Notes: a model not told the origin generated them from the letters alone. A stretch of DNA of 64,000 nucleotides from an uncultured Pseudomonadales bacterium (GCA_964406075.1 CAYOQI010000003.1:12718-76717), one strand, 5' to 3'; numbered from the stretch's first letter, positions 52,519-62,427 are shown. Numbers and translations are program-made.

Positions 52519-53361
52519 ATGCCAGGAAAAATTAAACCACCACGGTCTCTTCACTCAAATTACCAAATTTCACTCCCAGTAGTGGGAGGAATCTTTGCTT
52601 GTGTGGTGATTTTGTTTCTTGGTCAGTTGAGCTGGTTTCAGCCAGTTAAAAATGTTTTTGCACAAGTTTATTCTGTATTTATCCCGGTACAGCGAGTCGC
52701 GGTGGAGCAAATCAGTCGTCCGATTCAGTGGGTGCAGTTTATCCGATATGGAACGGCTGAGATTCAGGCCCTCAAACAACAATTAGCTGAAAGAACTACT
52801 CAGGTTGCAGAGGCTGAATTTTTACAAAAAGAAAATCAAGATTTACGTGAGCAAATTGCGGCCTTCAGTACCCAAAAGGTTCAGGATCAGCAAACTATTT
52901 TGACAGTTCCAGCTCGAGTTGTAACTGCCAGTGGTGTGATTGGAATTGATCAAGGAAAGGCGGCGGGACTGCAAGTGGGTGATGTGGTTTTTTCTCGTGG
53001 ATATGTTGTTGGGCGATTAACTACCGTAGATGAATTCTTTGCGCAGTTTACCTTAATTGAACAAGGGAATACTCCGATTTTAGTAAAAAATCTTGATGGG
53101 AAGTTCGGCGTACTGACTGGAGAAAAAGGAGAGTTGCTGTTAACGGAAATTCCCAGTGATCAGGAGATTACAGTCGGTGAGAAATTGTATACCGTGGGCT
53201 CAGTCGATCAAGGAATTCCACCGGGACTTATCATGGGAGAAGTGAGTGACGTTTCTCAATTACCTCAGTCATCTGTGAAAAATATTCGCATTATTCAGCC
53301 AGGAAATGAGGAACTTTCTTCACTGGTAGTGATTCGACGATATGAAAGAAAAAGTCGTTAG
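52519..53361 (+). CDS. mreC: Rod-shape-determining protein MreC
   Basis: It has a TM helix, a coiled coil (LKQQLAE...LQKENQDLREQIA), and beta-barrel motifs GDVVFSRGYVVGRLTTV and GIPPGLIMGEVSDV. Confidence 0.8.
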   Translation: MPGKIKPPRSLHSNYQISLPVVGGIFACVVILFLGQLSWFQPVKNVFAQVYSVFIPVQRVAVEQISRPIQWVQFIRYGTAEIQALKQQLAERTTQVAEAEFLQKENQDLREQIAAFSTQKVQDQQTILTVPARVVTASGVIGIDQGKAAGLQVGDVVFSRGYVVGRLTTVDEFFAQFTLIEQGNTPILVKNLDGKFGVLTGEKGELLLTEIPSDQEITVGEKLYTVGSVDQGIPPGLIMGEVSDVSQLPQSSVKNIRIIQPGNEELSSLVVIRRYERKSR

Positions 53362-53400
53362 AGTTAGTAACTGAAGAACTTTTTCGTTTATTCTTAAAAT

Positions 53401-53718
53401 CTACGCAGGAGTGGAAAAACTAAATAAGAAGTAGACAAGGACTGATCCAAGGATCATGAATAAGAGTAACAGTCCGAGATTGGCTTTCAAATTGCGGGTT
53501 CCATCTTCAAACTTGACCGCATCGACACTCACTATGATGGTCAAAGCAATTACTCCCCAGATCACAAAGCGAAAAATAACAGACCACACACTGTCCACTT
53601 TAAAAAGAGGTTCAATATATTTTCCATATGGTTCGAGTTGTATCCGGAGCGGATCAAGAAGTTCACGAATTTTTTTCATGCTGTTATTTAGTGTACGGAT
53701 GTGTGAATTAAGTATCAA
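53401..53718 (-). CDS. Small two-TM membrane protein, function unknown (opposite strand, between mreC and mreD-like)
   Basis: 105 aa with two clear hydrophobic helices. The overlapping plus-strand ORF (53456-53722) has non-protein-like composition. Confidence 0.45.
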   Translation of the reverse strand: MILNSHIRTLNNSMKKIRELLDPLRIQLEPYGKYIEPLFKVDSVWSVIFRFVIWGVIALTIIVSVDAVKFEDGTRNLKANLGLLLLFMILGSVLVYFLFSFSTPA

Positions 53719-53774
53719 GTAGAAAGTGGAAAGCTTCAGGCGAAAAACACTTCAGAAGCTGTTAAAATTTTACT

Positions 53775-54188
53775 GTGAACAAACCTTCAAGTTTTTTTCT
53801 GTCCATCCTTTTATTCATTTTATTACTTCCATTTGATCGTCTTTTTAATCTCCATGTGCTTGTGATAGGAGTGGTGCTGTTTGCTTTCTTTCCGCTTACT
53901 CGGTGGTGGCAGGTAGCTGTACTGCTGCCACTCATGTTGCTTCATGATGTGGCATATCTGTATCCATTTGGATTATCTGGATTAGTGATGTGTCTCATCC
54001 TTTTCATTCTTTCACTCAAGAAAATCACTTCGTCTCTGCTTTTTATATTTGTGCTTTTTATAACTTCACAATTTTTTTCATTTCTCGATAGTTCTAGCGT
54101 ACAATTTGATACAATGAGTATTGTAAGAGTAGGGATTACTCTAGTAATGGGGTGGTTTTTATATAGAAAAAAAGATAAATACGTATGA
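53775..54188 (+). CDS. mreD: MreD-like polytopic membrane protein
   Basis: 137 aa with a GTG start and 4-5 TM helices. The call rests on its position between mreC and the PBP2 gene, not on motifs. Confidence 0.45.
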   Translation: MNKPSSFFLSILLFILLLPFDRLFNLHVLVIGVVLFAFFPLTRWWQVAVLLPLMLLHDVAYLYPFGLSGLVMCLILFILSLKKITSSLLFIFVLFITSQFFSFLDSSSVQFDTMSIVRVGITLVMGWFLYRKKDKYV

Positions 54189-54374
54189 ATGACAAATTAT
54201 CTTCACACACAAAAAGTGTGAGAGCAAACCAAACCCTTCGTTACAATTAGAAAAATTTGTTTCTTAAAATCCTCTTCAGTTTTTTATCGCTGTTGCCATA
54301 CTTTCCATTCTCCGTTTTTCTGCGTATGCTACCCCTAAGAGTCTGTCCGGACAGACTCCAAAAGAGAGAAAACA

Positions 54375-56150
54375 ATGCAGTATCACTTTACCAATCATTA
54401 CCGACTTTTGTCATTACTGGCTGGTGTGTGTATTGGTTTTTTGGCGTTAGCTATTCGGTTGGTGGATCTTCAACTAGTACAAGGCTCAACTTACCGGCAA
54501 ATCTCTGAGGAAAACCGTTTTTTTCGGAAAAGTATTCCCGCTGAAAGAGGAGTATTTTTTGATCGTTTTAAAAATCCGTTAGTTTTTAATAAACCTGTCT
54601 ACTACAAAATTGATGATCCAAGTAAAATTTTTTCCGAAGAATCTTTACTCACAAATCAGGAAGCAGTAGAAATGATGGTTGCTTCGCCGGCGGCTGTCGT
54701 ACGTCGTACGTTTCGTCATTATCCGAATGCGCAATCACTTTCAGGTGTTTTGGGATACGTGGGAGCGGTAACAAAGGAAGAAATTCAAAGACACTCACAA
54801 TTAAAGTCTGATGATGAAGTAGGAAAAATAGGATTAGAAAAAAGTTTGGATTTTCAGATTCGAGGACAAGATGGAGAAGAAGTGTATGAACTGAATGCAA
54901 GAGGACTAATTTTACGAGAAATATCAGAAGAACCAGCGAAGGCTGGAAAGAATGTTCACTTGACGATTGATAGTGAATTGAATGCGTTTGTGGCAGAACA
55001 AATGAAAGCCGTGAAGGGAGCAGTCGTGATTGGAAATCCGAAGACCGGAGAGTTACTCTCACTGGTTAGTACTCCTTCGTATGATGCAAATGTTTTGAGT
55101 CATCCAGTGTACTCAACGGCTGAAGCAAAAGTAAAAGTTCAAGTCATTCAAAACTATTTTTCAGATTCGAATAAATTATTTTTCAATCGAGCGATCTCTG
55201 GGTCATATCCACCTGGGAGTGTGTTTAAACTGGTGACGGCGTTAGCTGGTCTTGAACAGGGTGCGTTTACCGTCGACACCATGGTGGTGGATGAAGGTGT
55301 GTTGAAAGTCAACGATTTTGAGTTTGGCAATTGGTACTATCGTCAGTATGGTCGAGTAGAAGGGGCAGTGAGTGTTCGACGGGCTTTGGCGCGGAGTAAT
55401 GATATTTTTTTCTATAAAGCTGCTGAGTGGTTGGGTCCTCAAAAACTAGCTGATTCGGCACGAATGTTTGGATTTGGACAACCAACTGGAATCGAGCTGG
55501 GGAGTGAGGCAAAAGGTTTAGTACCTGATCCAGCATGGAAAGAGAAAACAATTGGGGAGCCGTGGTATTTAGGAAATACGTATCACTTTGGAATTGGACA
55601 AGGTGATTTATTGGTAACGCCGCTTCAAATTTTTAATATGACCACGGTTTTTGCAAATGAAGGGAAGCGATGCGTGCCGCATATTATTTCAACAGTTGAG
55701 GGAAGTGATGAAAAAAAGAAAATTGAGTGTCAAGAGTTGGGATATAGTAGTGAATATTTACAGGCAGTTTGGGAGGGGATGGTGGCAGCATGTTCAACTG
55801 AGGGAACTGCGTTCCCATTCTTCCCTTGGAATACAGATCATGAAGGAAAAGAAAAAGTTGCTTGTAAAACAGGAACTGCAGAGTTTGGCGCAGCAAATGA
55901 AAAAGGATACAGAAACACACATGGATGGTTCACGATGGTGGGCACATTAGTACAGGATGAAAAAAATACTTCACCTGTTTCCACTGGTTCAGCACAAATA
56001 AAAGAATTTTTGGATCAGTATCCCAAAGAAGTGGTGATTACTGTGTTGGTAGAAAGTGATGAGGCGATTCCATTTAAGGAAGGATCCCGAGATGCAGCTC
56101 CTATTGCGAAAGCGATTTATGATTGGATGAATAAAAATAGGACAGAGTAG
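54375..56150 (+). CDS. mrdA: Penicillin-binding protein 2 (elongation-specific transpeptidase)
   Basis: It has an N-terminal anchor, a dimerisation domain, and the motifs SxxK (PGSVFK), SxN (RSNDIFF) and KTG (CKTGTAE). Confidence 0.88.
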   Translation: MQYHFTNHYRLLSLLAGVCIGFLALAIRLVDLQLVQGSTYRQISEENRFFRKSIPAERGVFFDRFKNPLVFNKPVYYKIDDPSKIFSEESLLTNQEAVEMMVASPAAVVRRTFRHYPNAQSLSGVLGYVGAVTKEEIQRHSQLKSDDEVGKIGLEKSLDFQIRGQDGEEVYELNARGLILREISEEPAKAGKNVHLTIDSELNAFVAEQMKAVKGAVVIGNPKTGELLSLVSTPSYDANVLSHPVYSTAEAKVKVQVIQNYFSDSNKLFFNRAISGSYPPGSVFKLVTALAGLEQGAFTVDTMVVDEGVLKVNDFEFGNWYYRQYGRVEGAVSVRRALARSNDIFFYKAAEWLGPQKLADSARMFGFGQPTGIELGSEAKGLVPDPAWKEKTIGEPWYLGNTYHFGIGQGDLLVTPLQIFNMTTVFANEGKRCVPHIISTVEGSDEKKKIECQELGYSSEYLQAVWEGMVAACSTEGTAFPFFPWNTDHEGKEKVACKTGTAEFGAANEKGYRNTHGWFTMVGTLVQDEKNTSPVSTGSAQIKEFLDQYPKEVVITVLVESDEAIPFKEGSRDAAPIAKAIYDWMNKNRTE

Positions 56151-56191
56151 TTATCCACAGAATATTGTTCAGTTTTCCTCCCCACTGTCAG

Positions 56192-56237
56192 ATCCAACAG
56201 CGTTGGATTTGACTTCTCCCTTCTAAAGAAGGGAGAA
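56192..56237 (+). terminator. Two adjacent stem-loops downstream of the PBP2 gene (possible terminator; no T-run)
   Basis: The first pairs ATCCAAC (56192-56198) with GTTGGAT (56202-56208). The second pairs TTCTCCCTTC (56214-56223) with GAAGGGAGAA (56228-56237) across loop TAAA. Confidence 0.4.
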
Positions 56238-56269
56238 TTACGCTACTCATAATTCATAATCCTATTAAA

Positions 56270-57370
56270 ATGACAGATGAAGAAAAAAAGTACTGGGTGG
56301 CACTTTCACAGTGTCCTGGTATTGGTCCGCTTCGATTTTTATCACTGTATTCACGTCTTCAAAAACATTCTGTTACCATTAAAACATTTTGGCATTTGCC
56401 AGAGTCACAGGTTACCGAAATTATTTCTTCGAAAAGCATATTAGAGTCGCTGCTTCAGCACAGACAAACTTTTACGGTTGAAGAAAATTGGAAGAAGTTG
56501 CAAACACAAAAGATACACGTCGTTTCTTTTACAGAAGATGAGTATCCGATTTTGCTTCGTGAAATTCCTGATAAACCGCCAGTTCTATATGTCAAAGGAT
56601 CACTGCATTCCATTAACCAGAAACCATATGCGATTGTCGGTACGCGGAACATTACTCCATATGGAACGTTTGTGACAAAGAAAATAGTACAAGATTTAGT
56701 CAAAAATTCCTGCTCAATTATTTCTGGGTTTATGTATGGAGTGGATGCGGTGGCACACCAAACAGCTATAGAAGAAGGTGGGTATACGGTTGGAGTATTA
56801 GGGTTTGGATTTAATCACATGTATCCTCCAAACCATGCCAAACTTGCTGAAAAAGTATTAGAACATGGAGGCGCGTTAATGACCGAATACTTTATTGATC
56901 ACGCACCACATCCTGGAAATTTCCCGGCTCGAAATCGAATTGTGGCAGGATTGTCTTTGGGTATTGTCGTGACCGAAGCCGCTAAGAAAAGTGGGAGTAA
57001 AATAACTGCTCAATTCGCTTTAGAATACGGACGAGACGTGTTTGCTGTTCCGGGAGCTATTACCTCTCAGTACAGTGATGGAACGAAAGATCTGATCAAC
57101 GATGGAGCAAAACTGGTGACATCAGCTGAAGATATTTTGCACGAAATGCAGGAATCCTCATCGCCAATTACACTTGCAACATTATTGGAAAAATGTCAGT
57201 TGGACATTGATAAAAATATTTTGTCGGCGCTGTTTGCACAGCCACTAGAAATTGATGAACTCAGTCAGTTGATGAAGACTCCTGTTTCACAAATTGCTGT
57301 GCGATTGAGTGTTCTAGAATTAGACGGAGTGATCGTACAAGCACAAGGAAAATATAATCTGAGTTTTTAA
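56270..57370 (+). CDS. dprA: DNA-processing protein DprA (Smf)
   Basis: N-terminal SAM-like YWVALSQCPGIGPLRF, Rossmann core AIVGTRNITPYG...SGFMYGVDAVAHQ...PARNRIVAGLS...VVTEAAKKSGS, and a C-terminal winged-helix region. Confidence 0.88.
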   Translation: MTDEEKKYWVALSQCPGIGPLRFLSLYSRLQKHSVTIKTFWHLPESQVTEIISSKSILESLLQHRQTFTVEENWKKLQTQKIHVVSFTEDEYPILLREIPDKPPVLYVKGSLHSINQKPYAIVGTRNITPYGTFVTKKIVQDLVKNSCSIISGFMYGVDAVAHQTAIEEGGYTVGVLGFGFNHMYPPNHAKLAEKVLEHGGALMTEYFIDHAPHPGNFPARNRIVAGLSLGIVVTEAAKKSGSKITAQFALEYGRDVFAVPGAITSQYSDGTKDLINDGAKLVTSAEDILHEMQESSSPITLATLLEKCQLDIDKNILSALFAQPLEIDELSQLMKTPVSQIAVRLSVLELDGVIVQAQGKYNLSF

Positions 57371-57516
57371 AATCGAAATATACTATATAGTAGTATTGTC
57401 ATCATTATTTTTTCGAAAGCAGTATCGTTTGATGCATCTGTTACAATACCTTCTTCATTTTAGTTGATATTGTCTATGATCCCGTATTACATATTAGACG
57501 TTAGATTATTCCACTT

Positions 57517-59724
57517 ATGAATTTAGTCATTGTCGAATCACCAACCAAAGCCAGAAAGTTACGAACGTATTTAGGAACTGATTATCATGTCGAGGCCTCT
57601 GTCGGTCATGTTCGTGATCTTCCCAAAAGCACGCTCGGAGTGGATGTTGAACACGATTTCGAACCAGTGTATGAAGTCAATGAAGATAAGCAAAAAGTAG
57701 TAAAAAATCTTCAAAAAATTGCACATGGTGCAAAGGCTATTTATCTCGCGACTGACCCTGATCGCGAAGGTGAAGCAATTGCGTGGCATATTAAATTTCT
57801 ATTAACAGACAAAGGAAAAGGGAAAGACAAAGACAAGCACGAATTTTTTCGCGCCACATTTCATGAGATTACAAAAGCTGCGGTTTTAGCCGCAATTGAA
57901 AAGCCCTCGAAGATAAACCAGCATTTAGTTGATGCTCAACAAGCACGAAGAGTAGTGGATAGATTGGTTGGTTACAAATTGTCTCCAATATTATGGAAAA
58001 AGATCCGTCGAGGGCTCTCAGCAGGAAGGGTGCAATCAGTGGCTTTGCGCCTAATTGTTGAGCGAGAACGAGAAATTGCAGCCTTTATTCCGGAAGAGTA
58101 CTGGGAAGTGGATGCTCTCTTAAACTCTGCGGTAAATGGAAAAAATGCAAAGAGTTTTAAAATAACAAAAGATAATGGAACGGTTGCTTTTGAAAATTTC
58201 CCCGATGATATGTTTGTGGCACGAGTGATTGAAGTTAAAGGTAAAAAGTATGAGCCAACTAAAGAAGCTCATGTTACTGATGTCGTGACATTTTTAGGAA
58301 AAGCTGATTACAAAGTCATCAATGTAGAACGAAAAGAACGACGCAGAGCGAGCTTGCCTCCGTTCACAACTTCAACACTTCAACAAGCTGCAGCGAATCG
58401 GTTAGGGTTCACCAGTAAGCAAACTATGACTTTGGCTCAACAGTTGTATGAAGAAGGATTGATTACCTATCATCGTACTGACTCCGTGAATCTTTCTCAG
58501 GATTCTGTGGCAATGGCTCGAGCATTTATCAAAGAGCAATTTGGTGACAAGTACATTCCCGAACAACCAAGATTCTTTGCAACAAAAACAAAAAATGCTC
58601 AGGAAGCGCACGAAGCGATCCGTATTACGGATGTGAATGTTCAGTCAGCACATCCGACTGGTCACTTGGTTGGATTTAGTGATTCACATAAAAGGTTGTA
58701 CGATTTGATTTGGCGACGATTCATTTCTACCCAAATGGAGTCAGCGATCTATGATCAAACGACTGTTACTGTTCAAGCGAATAAAGAAAAAGAAAATGTC
58801 TTGCTTCGAGCCAGTGGATCGGTATTGAAGTTTGATGGATGGATGAAACTTTTCCCAAATCAAGGTGATACGTTATTACCCAATGTAAACATCGACCAGC
58901 CGTTAGACTATGTCGATCTCAATTCAGCACAAAAATTCACTTTACCTCCAGCACGATATAACGATGCCTCGTTAGTGAAAACACTAGAAGAAAAAGGAAT
59001 CGGTCGTCCAAGTACCTATGCTTCGATTATTTCGGTGATTGTGGATCGAGGATATGTGGAAAGAAAAGAGAAAAGATTCTTTGCAACTTCAGTGGGAATG
59101 ACAGTCACAGATTTTTTAGTCAAACATTTTTCGACAGTGATGGATTACGATTTTACAGCTGAGATGGAAGAAGATTTGGACAGAATTTCTCGAGGTGAAA
59201 AGGAGTGGAAAAAAGTGATTAAAGAGTTTTACACACCTTTTGATAAGATCAGAAAAGAAGTAGAAGGCACAGCTGAGCGTGTACAAATACCGGTCGAAGA
59301 AACCGGGGAAGTTTGTCCAAAATGTGGAGCCACCGAAAAAGGAAAAGTGGTTATCCGAACTGGACGATTTGGAAAGTTTCGAAGTTGCAATCGTTTCCCT
59401 GAATGTGATTACACAGAAAATATTGTTGAAAAACTAGAAGGTGCGAAGTGTCCGTTGTGCAAAGAAGGCGAAGTCATCATCAAAAACTCTCGGTGGGGAA
59501 AGTCATTCTATGGATGTATTCGATATCCTGATTGTGATTGGGCAAGTTGGAAGAAACCTGAACCCGGTTACACAGTGACCAAAGCAGAGTGGAAAGTCAT
59601 GCAAGAAGAACGCAAAGCTCGTATCGAAGCTCGCCAAGCTGCAAAGGCTGGAAAAGCCGGAGCTGTTCCTGCAAAAGCAAAGAAACCGACGAAAAAGAAA
59701 GCAGTAGCAAAGAAGAAAAAGTAA
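57517..59724 (+). CDS. topA: DNA topoisomerase I
   Basis: TOPRIM LVIVESPTKA...ATDPDREGEAIAWH, the ITYHRTDS active-site Tyr region, two C4 zinc ribbons (CPKCG...CNRFPEC and CPLC...CIRYPDC), and a Lys/Ala-rich tail. Confidence 0.95.
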   Translation: MNLVIVESPTKARKLRTYLGTDYHVEASVGHVRDLPKSTLGVDVEHDFEPVYEVNEDKQKVVKNLQKIAHGAKAIYLATDPDREGEAIAWHIKFLLTDKGKGKDKDKHEFFRATFHEITKAAVLAAIEKPSKINQHLVDAQQARRVVDRLVGYKLSPILWKKIRRGLSAGRVQSVALRLIVEREREIAAFIPEEYWEVDALLNSAVNGKNAKSFKITKDNGTVAFENFPDDMFVARVIEVKGKKYEPTKEAHVTDVVTFLGKADYKVINVERKERRRASLPPFTTSTLQQAAANRLGFTSKQTMTLAQQLYEEGLITYHRTDSVNLSQDSVAMARAFIKEQFGDKYIPEQPRFFATKTKNAQEAHEAIRITDVNVQSAHPTGHLVGFSDSHKRLYDLIWRRFISTQMESAIYDQTTVTVQANKEKENVLLRASGSVLKFDGWMKLFPNQGDTLLPNVNIDQPLDYVDLNSAQKFTLPPARYNDASLVKTLEEKGIGRPSTYASIISVIVDRGYVERKEKRFFATSVGMTVTDFLVKHFSTVMDYDFTAEMEEDLDRISRGEKEWKKVIKEFYTPFDKIRKEVEGTAERVQIPVEETGEVCPKCGATEKGKVVIRTGRFGKFRSCNRFPECDYTENIVEKLEGAKCPLCKEGEVIIKNSRWGKSFYGCIRYPDCDWASWKKPEPGYTVTKAEWKVMQEERKARIEARQAAKAGKAGAVPAKAKKPTKKKAVAKKKK

Positions 59725-59728
59725 GTTT

Positions 59729-60577
59729 CTAAATCTGACAGGTTGTGCACCAATATGTTCCGCGTCCGCCTAACCGATCTTTGGTAATGGCAGTTCCACA
59801 GACAATACAGGCTTCACCAGCACGCCCATACACACGAGCGACTTTTTGATATCCACCCGCCATACCATCAATGTTGACATATTTTCCATCGAAAGTTGTG
59901 CCACCTAACTCAATTCCTTTGGCAATAATTTCCTTAGAAAATGTAAAAACTGTTTCAACTTCTTTTTCTGTCAAAGATTTTGACGGGCGAGTCGGTGCGA
60001 TTTTGGAAATATGCAAAATATCACAAGCATAAATATTTCCAATTCCAGCAACAATTGTATGGTCAAGCAGTGTTAATTTAATTGGTTGAGATTTTGATTT
60101 AATTTTGTTTGCAAATTGTTCTAATTGAAATTTATCTGTATTTACATCAGGTCCATACTTTGCAAATTCTTTTTCGACTTCTTGATCAGACATGACTTTT
60201 AGCCAGCCAAATAAACGTTGATCATTAAAAAATAACTTAGAATTATCGTTAAAAGTCAAAACAACCCGGGTATGTTTACTTGGAAGTGCTTTGATCCAAT
60301 CTTCCGTAGGATGTCCACCACCAAGACGTTGGTGATCATCAACATAAATTAATTGCCCAGTCATTTTTAAATGAATAAGAATATTTTGTTGGTTTCCAAA
60401 ACGGATACGAATTATTTTGGCTCGACGTTCGACGGATTCAATTACTTGATTGAGTATTGATTTTGAATTACCTTGAAATGGCTTGGGATGAAGTTCTTCC
60501 ACAGAAACTATTTGTTTGTTCAACAAAACAGGGCGAAGGCGAGCGGTAATAGTTTCCACTTCGGGAAGTTCGGGCAT
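59729..60577 (-). CDS. mutM: Formamidopyrimidine-DNA glycosylase
   Basis: MPELPEVET N-terminus, H2TH region, and a C-terminal zinc finger CIVCGTAI...YWCTTCQ. Confidence 0.92.
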   Translation of the reverse strand: MPELPEVETITARLRPVLLNKQIVSVEELHPKPFQGNSKSILNQVIESVERRAKIIRIRFGNQQNILIHLKMTGQLIYVDDHQRLGGGHPTEDWIKALPSKHTRVVLTFNDNSKLFFNDQRLFGWLKVMSDQEVEKEFAKYGPDVNTDKFQLEQFANKIKSKSQPIKLTLLDHTIVAGIGNIYACDILHISKIAPTRPSKSLTEKEVETVFTFSKEIIAKGIELGGTTFDGKYVNIDGMAGGYQKVARVYGRAGEACIVCGTAITKDRLGGRGTYWCTTCQI

Positions 60578-60683
60578 CAGTCAGTTCACTAGTTGCTTAG
60601 TTTATTGGTTGACTAGTTACCGTTCATGATAGCGAGAAAAGTAGTTTTTGCAATTTGAGATTTTATCCCTACAATCAAACACT

Positions 60684-61247
60684 ATGAAGATTGCTTTGTT
60701 TGGAGGTGCTTTTGACCCTCCTCATCGTGGACATCAGCGTGTGGCGAGATCATTAGTTGAACAAAAAATTGTTGACGAAGTCTGGTTTGTACCTGTGAAG
60801 CGTCATCCGTTTGATAAACAGCTTTCGGCTGATAAACATCGAGTGGCAATGTTGAAGCTGATTATTGAACCAATTTTCCAACAAAAAATTGAGACATATG
60901 AATTGGATCATTCTCAAAAAAGTTATTCTTTTTTGACCTTGAAACATTTTCAAAAAACATTTCCGCATCACTCTTTTCGGTGGGTGATTGGAGCTGATAA
61001 TGTTGAGAATTTTTCAAAATGGTTTAAATACAAAGAACTCTTGGAGGAGTTTCCAGTATATATTTATCCTCGAGATAGGGTTAAGTTGACTCAACTTTCA
61101 CGAGGAATGGTGTGGTTGGATCAAGTGGTTCCGATCACAGTTGCTTCTTCAGATATCAGAGAAAAAGTTAAAAGGAAAGAAAGCATTACTGAGCTTGTAG
61201 ATCCAGAAGTAGAACGATATATTAAGGAAAACCAGTTATATCTATAA
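60684..61247 (+). CDS. nadD: Nicotinate-nucleotide adenylyltransferase
   Basis: MKIALFGGAFDPPHRGH (HxGH motif) and a late SSDIR (ISSTxxR-like) motif. The track TTG at 60648 adds 12 aa. Confidence 0.88.
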   Translation: MKIALFGGAFDPPHRGHQRVARSLVEQKIVDEVWFVPVKRHPFDKQLSADKHRVAMLKLIIEPIFQQKIETYELDHSQKSYSFLTLKHFQKTFPHHSFRWVIGADNVENFSKWFKYKELLEEFPVYIYPRDRVKLTQLSRGMVWLDQVVPITVASSDIREKVKRKESITELVDPEVERYIKENQLYL

Positions 61248-61256
61248 ATAACACAT

Positions 61257-62033
61257 ATGAACATCCAAGATCCTCAAGGCGAAGTAGCCAAAATAGTATC
61301 GTTTTTCAATGATGTGTTTGTGAAAAATGGCAAACAACAAGCCGTCATAGCAGTTTCAGGTGGAATTGATTCGAGTTTAGCTCTGACTTTTTTAGCTCAG
61401 TCTTTACCAAATAAAGGTGTGTTCCCGGTTTTTCTCCCATACGGTGAACAAGACATGAAAGATGCCGAGGAAATTTGTACATTCAACGACATTCCAAAAG
61501 AAAATTTGAAAAAGATCGATATCAAACCAATGGTTGATTCTATTGTTAAAGAATTAAAAATTCCTGAAAGTGATAAAAAACGACGAGGAAATGTGATGGC
61601 TCGAGTGCGAATGATTGCAGTGTACGATTTAGCCAAATCACTGGATGCTTTAGTTTGTGGAACTGAGAATCGTACTGAAAAGTATCTGGGGTATTACACA
61701 CGGTTTGGTGATGAAGCTTCTGATATTGAACCGATTCAACATTTATATAAAACTCAAGTTCGACAGCTGGCTCAGCACTTTCAATTACCTTCATCCATTC
61801 AAACCAAAGTTCCAACTGCCGGATTATGGGAAGGTCAAACTGATGAAGCAGAGTATGGCTTTACCTACGAACAAGCAGACTTAGTTTTGGAACAGTACTT
61901 TGATTTGCACAAACGTGAGAGTGAGATGGATATTCCCGGAGTTGATAAAGCAACGATTGATAAAGTGATTGATTATGTGGAGAAGAATTGGTTCAAACAC
62001 TTGGTGCCGTATAAACTAGACGATAGCAGATAG
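61257..62033 (+). CDS. nadE: NH3-dependent NAD+ synthetase
   Basis: PP-loop VIAVSGGIDSS, GTENRTEKYLGYYTRFGDEASDIEPI, and adjacency to nadD. Confidence 0.88.
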   Translation: MNIQDPQGEVAKIVSFFNDVFVKNGKQQAVIAVSGGIDSSLALTFLAQSLPNKGVFPVFLPYGEQDMKDAEEICTFNDIPKENLKKIDIKPMVDSIVKELKIPESDKKRRGNVMARVRMIAVYDLAKSLDALVCGTENRTEKYLGYYTRFGDEASDIEPIQHLYKTQVRQLAQHFQLPSSIQTKVPTAGLWEGQTDEAEYGFTYEQADLVLEQYFDLHKRESEMDIPGVDKATIDKVIDYVEKNWFKHLVPYKLDDSR

Positions 62034-62061
62034 TATTTAGTAGTTAGGGAAAAATTCCAAT

Positions 62062-62427
62062 CTAATTTCTTGATCTTCTGAAAAAGTTTCTTATTCGAGC
62101 AGAGCGTGGATAAAGAGATTCAAATAGCACATCATACTTTTCAGTGAGTTCTTGTTGCGTGTCAGTTAACCTCATTTTTTCAGAGTCACTGATTTCTTTA
62201 GATTTAAGATTGAATTCAATCTTAGAAAGCGTATCACCCAATAACCAAAACAAGTCCTCCCAATCCTTTGTTAAGTGTTTAGATTTTTTGGGAATCTCTC
62301 TCTGAGAAAAAACATAACTCTGTGACCAAATTCGATAGAAATTCGCTTGTGTTTGAGCATCAGACAGTTTTTTGTATTTATTTTTGACCTGTTTAACAAG
62401 AAAATCAATTTCGTAGGTTTTTCGCAT
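62062..62427 (-). CDS. Hypothetical protein
   Basis: 121-aa ORF, basic and helical in appearance, with no recognised motif. Confidence 0.4.
   Translation of the reverse strand: MRKTYEIDFLVKQVKNKYKKLSDAQTQANFYRIWSQSYVFSQREIPKKSKHLTKDWEDLFWLLGDTLSKIEFNLKSKEISDSEKMRLTDTQQELTEKYDVLFESLYPRSARIRNFFRRSRN

Noticed and set aside
53456-53722. 88-aa plus-strand ORF overlapping the minus-strand 53401-53718 ORF
   Set aside because: Its sequence is Ser/Arg-rich and non-globular with no hydrophobic core. The minus-strand product has two clean TM helices, so I preferred that one.
56151-56159. Perfect DnaA-box consensus TTATCCACA immediately after the PBP2 stop codon, considered as an oriC indicator
   Set aside because: I noticed only a single box. 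There is no cluster of boxes, no AT-rich unwinding element and no dnaA/dnaN nearby. A 9-mer can occur by chance in 64 kb.
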